From the IMG/VR virus record IMGVR_UViG_2547132272_000018: 4,266 nucleotides of DNA. One strand, given 5' to 3'. Position numbers and translations under genes: made by a program. The stretch's first letter is position 1, and every line of letters begins with the position of its first letter. Shown one piece after another: positions 1-4,266 of the stretch. The notes under the pieces were generated by a model, which saw nothing but the letters and a program-made list of their open reading frames with translations, had not been told where the DNA came from and searched no databases. The DNA is from a virus (Duplodnaviria > Heunggongvirae > Uroviricota > Caudoviricetes).

Positions 1-1
1 T

Positions 2-235
2 ACGCTACGTACTTCTCGGGGCGCTTACGTTTCTAACAGTGACACATCCCTGATCCGTTCGCTGTATCGCAATTTTACTCACCACTACATCAAGGCAAAA
101 CGCAGCATCGGCGTAGCAGCTGGTGAGAGTAAATCTGCAACAGAAATCATCGCTGTTTCTGGGGCGCGCTGCTGGGTGGGATTTGATCCTTCGCGTGGCG
201 TGGATAGTTCTGCCGTGTACGGAGTGCGTGCATGA
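2..235 (+). CDS. 5'-truncated hypothetical phage early protein, C-terminal 78 codons; stop overlaps the gene A start (ATGA)
   Basis: Frame 2 is open from the window edge to TGA 233..235, while the other two + frames hit stops within the first 51 nt. The stop overlaps ATG 232..234 of the next gene, a typical translational-coupling junction. No family recognised. Confidence 0.45.
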   Translation, partial: TLRTSRGAYVSNSDTSLIRSLYRNFTHHYIKAKRSIGVAAGESKSATEIIAVSGARCWVGFDPSRGVDSSAVYGVRA

Positions 236-2646
236 GCCATGCTGATATGAACAACTGCAGCGGCTTTAACGAGGCCGCCGCAGCATTCTCATGGAACAGC
301 CCGAAAAAGGCTATTAACCCTTATCTGGACCCGGCGGAAGTTGCGCCGGTTTCTGCGCTTTCAAACCTGATCACTCTGTACGCTGTCGATAACGAGCAGG
401 AACAACTGCGTCGCGAGGCACTGAGTGATCAGGTCTGGGAGCGTTATTTCTTTAATGAATCCCGTGATCCTGTCCACCGCGAAATGGAGCAGGATAAGCT
501 CATTAGCCGGGCAAAGATGGCGCATGAGCAGCAGCGTTTTAATCCAGACATGGTCATTCTGGCTGACGTCAACGCCCAGCCTTCCCATATCAGCAAGCCG
601 CTGATGCAACGTATTGAATATTTAAGCAGCTTGGGCAGGCCAAAGGCTTATTCCCGCTATTTGCGTGAGACGATTAAGCCATGTCTGGAACGACTGGAGC
701 ATGTACGCGACAGCCAGCTATCTGCATCTTTTCGTTTTATGGCAAGCCATGAAGGGCTGGACGGTCTGCTGATCCTGCCTGAAATGAGTCAGGATCAGGT
801 GAAACGCCTGTCTACCCTTGTCGCTGCGCATATGAGCATGTGTCTTGATGCCGCTTGTGGTGATTTGTACGCCTCCGATGATGTTAAGCCAGAAGAAATC
901 CGCAAGACATGGGAAAAGGTGGCTGCAGAAACCCTGCGACTGGATGTCATACCGCCTGCGTTTGAGCAACTCCGCCGGAAAAGAAACCGCCGCAAACCTG
1001 TGCCTTATGAACTCATTCCGGGTTCGCTGGCGCGTATGCTGTGCGCCGACTGGTGGTATCGGAAATTATGGAAGATGCGTTGCGAATGGCGAGAAGAGCA
1101 GTTGCGTGCTGTCTGCCTGGTCAGCAAAAAAGCATCTCCCTATGTCAGCTATGAAGCCGTGATGCATAAACGTGAGCAGCGCCGTAAGTCGCTGGAGTTT
1201 TTCCGTTTTCATGAACTGGTGAACGAAGACGGCGACACGCTGGATATGGAAGATGTGGTAAACGCCAGCAGCAGCAACCCTGCGCATCGCCGCAATGAGA
1301 TGATGGCCTGTGTTAAAGGTCTGGAGCTTATCGCGGAAATGCGCGGTGACTGCGCCGTTTTCTATACCATCACCTGTCCGTCACGTTTCCATTCCACGCT
1401 AAATAACGGCAGGCCCAACCCGACCTGGACAAATGCGACGGTAAGACAAAGCAGCGATTATCTGGTCGGCATGTTTGCTGCATTTCGTAAGGCGATGCAC
1501 AAAGCCGGATTGCGCTGGTATGGCGTGCGGGTGGCTGAGCCGCATCATGACGGTACAGTTCACTGGCACCTGTTGTGTTTCATGCGCAAAAAAGACCGCC
1601 GCGCCATTACTGCATTGTTGCGTAAATTTGCCATCCGTGAAGACCGCGAGGAGCTGGGTAATAACACAGGTCCACGCTTTAAATCTGAGCTGATAAACCC
1701 GCGCAAAGGAACACCGACAAGCTACATCGCGAAATACATCAGTAAGAACATTGACGGGCGTGGTCTGGCTGGCGAGATCAGCAAGGAAACGGGTAAATCC
1801 CTGCGTGATAACGCTGAATACGTTAATGCCTGGGCGTCTCTGCATCGTGTTCAGCAATTCCGCTTCTTTGGCATTCCGGGGCGTCAGGCTTACCGTGAAC
1901 TGCGATTGCTGGCTGGTCAGGCGGCAAGGCAACAGGGCGACAAAAAAGCAGGTGCGCCGGTACTGGATAACCCGCGCCTTGATGCCATCCTGGCTGCTGC
2001 TGATGCTGGTTGTTTTGCCACCTACATCATGAAGCAGGGCGGCGTACTGGTTTCCCGCAAATATCACCTGATCAGAACCGCTTATGAAATCAACGAAGAG
2101 CCGACCGCCTATGGCGATCACGGCATTCGTATTTATGGCATCTGGTCACCCATTGCAGAGGGCAAGATCTGCACTCATGCCGTGAAGTGGAAAATGGTTC
2201 GTAAGGCCGTTGACGTTCAGGAGGCGGCAGCCGACCAGGGCGCTTGCGCCCCTTGGACTCGTGGCAATAACTGTCCCCTTGCTGAAAATTTGAACCAACA
2301 AGGGAAAGACAAATCAGCTGATGGGGATACCAGGACGGACATTACCCGCATGGATGACAAGGAGTTGCACGATTACCTGCACAGTATGAGCAAAAAAGAG
2401 CGCCGGGAACTGGCTGCAAGGTTACGCCTGGTGAAACCGAAACGGCGTAAAGACTACAAACAGCGAATTACAGACCATCAGCGACAGCAGCTCGTCTACG
2501 AACTGAAGTCCAGAGGATTTGATGGCAGCGAGAAAGAGGTCGATTTACTCCTTCGCGGCGGCAGTATTCCGTCAGGAGCAGGCCTGCGTATCTTCTATCG
2601 GAACCAGCGTTTGCAGGAAGATGATAAGTGGCGAAACCTGTATTAA
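232..2646 (+). CDS. A: P2/186-family replication initiation endonuclease gpA (rolling-circle HUH nickase)
   Basis: 804-codon ORF with GGAG (221..224) 7 nt upstream of the ATG. Contains the HUH metal-binding motif [13 protein letters not shown] (H444-W-H446, nt 1561..1569) and the twin-tyrosine motif [13 protein letters not shown] (Y498 and Y502, nt 1723..1737), both nearly identical to motifs I recall from P2 gpA. The N-terminal FSWNSP region also resembles P2 gpA. Confidence 0.93.
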   Translation: MSHADMNNCSGFNEAAAAFSWNSPKKAINPYLDPAEVAPVSALSNLITLYAVDNEQEQLRREALSDQVWERYFFNESRDPVHREMEQDKLISRAKMAHEQQRFNPDMVILADVNAQPSHISKPLMQRIEYLSSLGRPKAYSRYLRETIKPCLERLEHVRDSQLSASFRFMASHEGLDGLLILPEMSQDQVKRLSTLVAAHMSMCLDAACGDLYASDDVKPEEIRKTWEKVAAETLRLDVIPPAFEQLRRKRNRRKPVPYELIPGSLARMLCADWWYRKLWKMRCEWREEQLRAVCLVSKKASPYVSYEAVMHKREQRRKSLEFFRFHELVNEDGDTLDMEDVVNASSSNPAHRRNEMMACVKGLELIAEMRGDCAVFYTITCPSRFHSTLNNGRPNPTWTNATVRQSSDYLVGMFAAFRKAMHKAGLRWYGVRVAEPHHDGTVHWHLLCFMRKKDRRAITALLRKFAIREDREELGNNTGPRFKSELINPRKGTPTSYIAKYISKNIDGRGLAGEISKETGKSLRDNAEYVNAWASLHRVQQFRFFGIPGRQAYRELRLLAGQAARQQGDKKAGAPVLDNPRLDAILAAADAGCFATYIMKQGGVLVSRKYHLIRTAYEINEEPTAYGDHGIRIYGIWSPIAEGKICTHAVKWKMVRKAVDVQEAAADQGACAPWTRGNNCPLAENLNQQGKDKSADGDTRTDITRMDDKELHDYLHSMSKKERRELAARLRLVKPKRRKDYKQRITDHQRQQLVYELKSRGFDGSEKEVDLLLRGGSIPSGAGLRIFYRNQRLQEDDKWRNLY
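2248..2267 (+). other. Candidate origin of replication (gpA nick site) inside the gene A coding sequence
   Basis: GCCCCTTGGACTCGTGGCAA matches 15 of 20 positions of the P2 ori nick region as I recall it (GCGCCTCGGAGTCCTGTCAA). It encodes APWTRGNNC, which aligns with APRSPVNNC in P2 gpA. P2-family phages place ori inside gene A. The reference sequence is from memory and unverified. Confidence 0.3.
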
Positions 2647-2715
2647 TTACGCGGGTTAACAATTCGTGCTCTTAATAATACCAGGCATATCAGGCTGATG
2701 AACGTAAAAAAACGT

Positions 2716-2756
2716 TTTACATCAGTAAGATTATTATATACTGTGAATATAAACAG
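2716..2756 (+). promoter_or_regulatory. Putative sigma70 promoter of the SOS module, overlapping the LexA box
   Basis: TTTACA at 2716..2721; candidate -10 hexamers TATACT (2737..2742) or TATAAA (2748..2753, inside the LexA box). Spacing is not ideal for either pairing, so exact elements are uncertain. Confidence 0.4.
2741..2756. promoter_or_regulatory. LexA operator (SOS box)
   Basis: CTGTGAATATAAACAG is a perfect CTGT-N8-ACAG palindrome with an AT-rich spacer, 44 bp upstream of the ATG at 2800 and overlapping the candidate -10. This matches the LexA-repressed tum promoter arrangement of phage 186. Confidence 0.7.
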
Positions 2757-2799
2757 TGGTTATGTATACAGTGTTGCTTGTGGTGTCATAGGAGGAAAG

Positions 2800-2988
2800 A
2801 TGCAGGACTATTTTTTGGAGTCTTTGAAGCTCCAGCGCATTGATTTTTTTCTTAAGCTTGTAGCGGCTAGTGAGTGTAGTGATGAAGAGAAGGGGCTGGC
2901 TCTGCAGTGGGTTTCTGAATTGACTGATGAACTCATGGCAAAAATCAGAAGCCACGAATACAACCGCTCAATGGATGTCATCAGCTGA
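2800..2988 (+). CDS. Small SOS-module protein of 62 aa, possibly the N-terminal antirepressor portion of a Tum-like protein
   Basis: ATG 2800 is the first start downstream of the LexA box and is preceded by AGGAGG (2790..2795). It is the inner start of listed ORF 2698..2988. The TGA 2986..2988 lies 10 nt before the DinI-like start. No family recognised from sequence. Confidence 0.5.
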   Translation: MQDYFLESLKLQRIDFFLKLVAASECSDEEKGLALQWVSELTDELMAKIRSHEYNRSMDVIS

Positions 2989-2998
2989 GGTGACTTTT

Positions 2999-3232
2999 AT
3001 GCGCATTGAAATAATGATCGATAAAGAGCAGAAGATTAGCCAGTCTACCCTGGACGCCCTTGAATCCGAGCTTTACCGCAATCTGCGCCCCCTGTATCCA
3101 AAAACGGTAATTCGTATCCGCAAAGGTAGCTCTAACGGTGTGGAACTGACCGGACTGCAACTGGACGAAGAAAGAAAACAAGTGATGAAAATTTTGCAGA
3201 AGGTGTGGGAAGACGACAGCTGGCTGCATTGA
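2999..3232 (+). CDS. dinI: DinI-family SOS-inducible protein (Tum C-terminal-domain-like)
   Basis: 77 aa starting MRIEIMIDK and ending ILQKVWEDDSWLH, matching E. coli DinI (MRIEVTIAK ... ILQETWESADDWF) in the N-terminal block, the DALxxEL block and the C-terminal acidic-Trp block. SD GAGGTGA (2987..2993) lies 5 nt before the ATG. It is the inner start of listed ORF 2927..3232. Confidence 0.85.
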   Translation: MRIEIMIDKEQKISQSTLDALESELYRNLRPLYPKTVIRIRKGSSNGVELTGLQLDEERKQVMKILQKVWEDDSWLH

Positions 3233-3286
3233 TTTTGTCAATAGACGCTTGTTTTTACTAATCAAAAAGGGTTACATATGAGTGAG

Positions 3287-3319
3287 AGGCGATGTCAATC
3301 AGATATCGCCTTGTTTTTT
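3287..3319 (+). terminator. Rho-independent terminator ending the SOS module
   Basis: Stem 3287..3296 pairs with 3302..3311 (AGGCGATGTC / GACATCGCCT-type, one G-U pair), 5-nt loop, then TGTTTTTT at 3312..3319. Confidence 0.6.
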
Positions 3320-3345
3320 GTCAAGAAAAGAATAATAGGCTAAAA

Positions 3346-4023
3346 ATGAAAATTAATAATGTAGCGTTACCAATATCTCTTGCTGTAATCCTAACTGGTT
3401 GCGTGCCACATGCTTCTAACCGAAATATCACTGCTATTGAAGTGGTGAAGCCAGCTATTGGGCAAAGTGCTACCGCCTACATGGGCGATCCCATTATCAC
3501 ATCTGCTACTGGATTTAAAACGGACGTACTAGAACTTGGTGCGGCTAATGGTGCATTGTCTTCTATCGCTGCTGGTACATATTGCAGTGAGGGGAATGGA
3601 ATTTACCGCAATTATCATAACCCTCAAGCTGTTGCGTTAAAAAATCTCTATGGGCAAATCGGTAACTATGTTGATTATGTTAGTTACGATGCTGCAAAAA
3701 ATGAGATATCACCGCCAAATGGCACTTCTTATACTGCATCAGAAATTTCTATCAAACGTGTTCCTGATGGGCTGTGTCGAGTGAGTAATTCATTGGTTAA
3801 GACTATCGAATACAATGGAAATGCAGGCGGTGTAATGAAGTTCACCTATCGTGAATTTGCAAACGATATGGCTCGTGCAGCATTTACAACAGATTTTTCT
3901 GTAGATTCTAAGGGAAGTGATGTTATCGCTTACAAAGGTGCCAAGTTCAAAGTGAACAAGGCTGATAACTCGTCTATTTCTTATACAATTATTTCTGGCT
4001 TTGACAAGGCTGTCACGTTCTAG
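3346..4023 (+). CDS. Putative lipoprotein of unknown function, 225 aa precursor; prophage cargo
   Basis: Begins MKINNVALPISLAVILTGC: a basic n-region, hydrophobic core and LTGC lipobox, with Val rather than Asp at +2 (suggesting outer-membrane sorting). Weak SD AGG at 3337..3339. Visibly more AT-rich than gene A. Two further Cys residues, Tyr/Asn/Gly-rich, C-terminal Phe. The listed ORF starts at ATG 3292, but that start lies inside the upstream terminator stem and would bury the signal peptide. Confidence 0.7.
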   Translation: MKINNVALPISLAVILTGCVPHASNRNITAIEVVKPAIGQSATAYMGDPIITSATGFKTDVLELGAANGALSSIAAGTYCSEGNGIYRNYHNPQAVALKNLYGQIGNYVDYVSYDAAKNEISPPNGTSYTASEISIKRVPDGLCRVSNSLVKTIEYNGNAGGVMKFTYREFANDMARAAFTTDFSVDSKGSDVIAYKGAKFKVNKADNSSISYTIISGFDKAVTF

Positions 4024-4127
4024 GTTTCACGCTTACTGAGTATGTTACGATTTTGCACATTCTGCATAAACGCGCATGTCTATGCTGCATGAGATCGCAT
4101 GATCGTTTGAGGATCTTTTGTGTTAAG

Positions 4128-4151
4128 GCCCGCCAGTTCTGGCGGGCTTTT
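4128..4151 (+). terminator. Rho-independent terminator after the lipoprotein gene
   Basis: GCCCGCCAG (4128..4136) and CTGGCGGGC (4139..4147) form a GC-rich inverted repeat followed by TTTT at 4148..4151. Confidence 0.65.
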
Positions 4152-4196
4152 GCGTAGATCATGCAGGTGCATGAAAACCACTACATAAAGCGGGCA

Positions 4197-4215
4197 GGCG
4201 TGGCGGGGATACGAG
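4197..4215. other. Candidate cos site (19-nt cohesive-end sequence of a P2/186-family phage)
   Basis: GGCGTGGCGGGGATACGAG: the first 13 nt match the 186 cohesive end as I recall it (GGCGTGGCGGGGAAAGCAT) and resemble the P2 one (GGCGAGGCGGGGAAAGCAC). The position downstream of gene A and its accessory genes is where cos lies in P2-family genomes. Reference sequences are from memory. Confidence 0.5.
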
Positions 4216-4266
4216 CGCGCGTATTTGGTCGTTACTTAGGGAAGGTGCGAATAAGCAGGTCATTTC

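Noticed and set aside
361-1287. Short ORFs inside gene A: minus-strand 361..609, 718..969, 795..995, 1066..1287 and plus-strand 845..1162
   Set aside because: All lie within gene A in other frames or antisense and show no independent coding signal.
1475-2032. Plus-strand alternative-frame ORFs 1475..1693 and 1751..2032
   Set aside because: Out-of-frame overlaps of the gpA catalytic region; Cys/Arg-rich translations typical of off-frame reading.
1399-2121. 240-aa ORF on the minus strand
   Set aside because: Entirely antisense to gene A, whose + strand frame carries the family catalytic motifs. No start context; a chance open frame in GC-rich coding DNA.
2468-2662. 64-aa minus-strand ORF over the 3' end of gene A
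   Set aside because: Antisense to the gpA C-terminus, no ribosome-binding site.
2701-2718. AACGT-A7-CGTTTT inverted repeat, including the 10-bp palindrome AAAACGTTTT, after the gene A stop
   Set aside because: Stem is only 5 bp and AT-rich with a short T tract, so not a convincing terminator. An operator role is possible but unsupported.
2757-2771. Possible second LexA site (GTGGTTATGTATACAG)
   Set aside because: Only the right half-site ACAG and the AT-rich spacer fit; the left half is GTGG, not CTGT. Treated as a half-site at most.
2698-2799. Upstream ATG 2698 as start of the first small ORF
   Set aside because: That start would put the LexA box and promoter inside the coding sequence and has no SD. 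ATG 2800 with AGGAGG is preferred.
2734-3265. Minus-strand ORFs 2734..2955 and 2981..3265
   Set aside because: Antisense to the SOS module. The + strand DinI-like reading has clear family similarity and proper SD-ATG contexts; the antisense translations are low complexity.
3292-3345. ATG 3292 as start of the lipoprotein ORF (243-aa version)
   Set aside because: It sits inside the terminator stem, the GAGAGG is only 2 nt from it, and it would add 18 charged residues ahead of an otherwise canonical signal peptide.

Overview
The window reads as the right arm of a P2/186-family prophage, all on the + strand: the 3' end of an upstream early gene (2..235), the rolling-circle replication initiator gene A (232..2646), a LexA-box-controlled SOS module made of a small ORF plus a DinI-family gene (2800..3232), an intrinsic terminator, an AT-rich lipoprotein cargo gene (3346..4023), a second terminator, and a candidate cos site (4197..4215). 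The part most worth follow-up is the compositionally foreign lipoprotein gene sitting between gene A and cos, the slot where P2 carries its tin/old exclusion genes; I cannot assign it to any family. All homology statements rest on motif recognition and recalled sequences, not on database searches.
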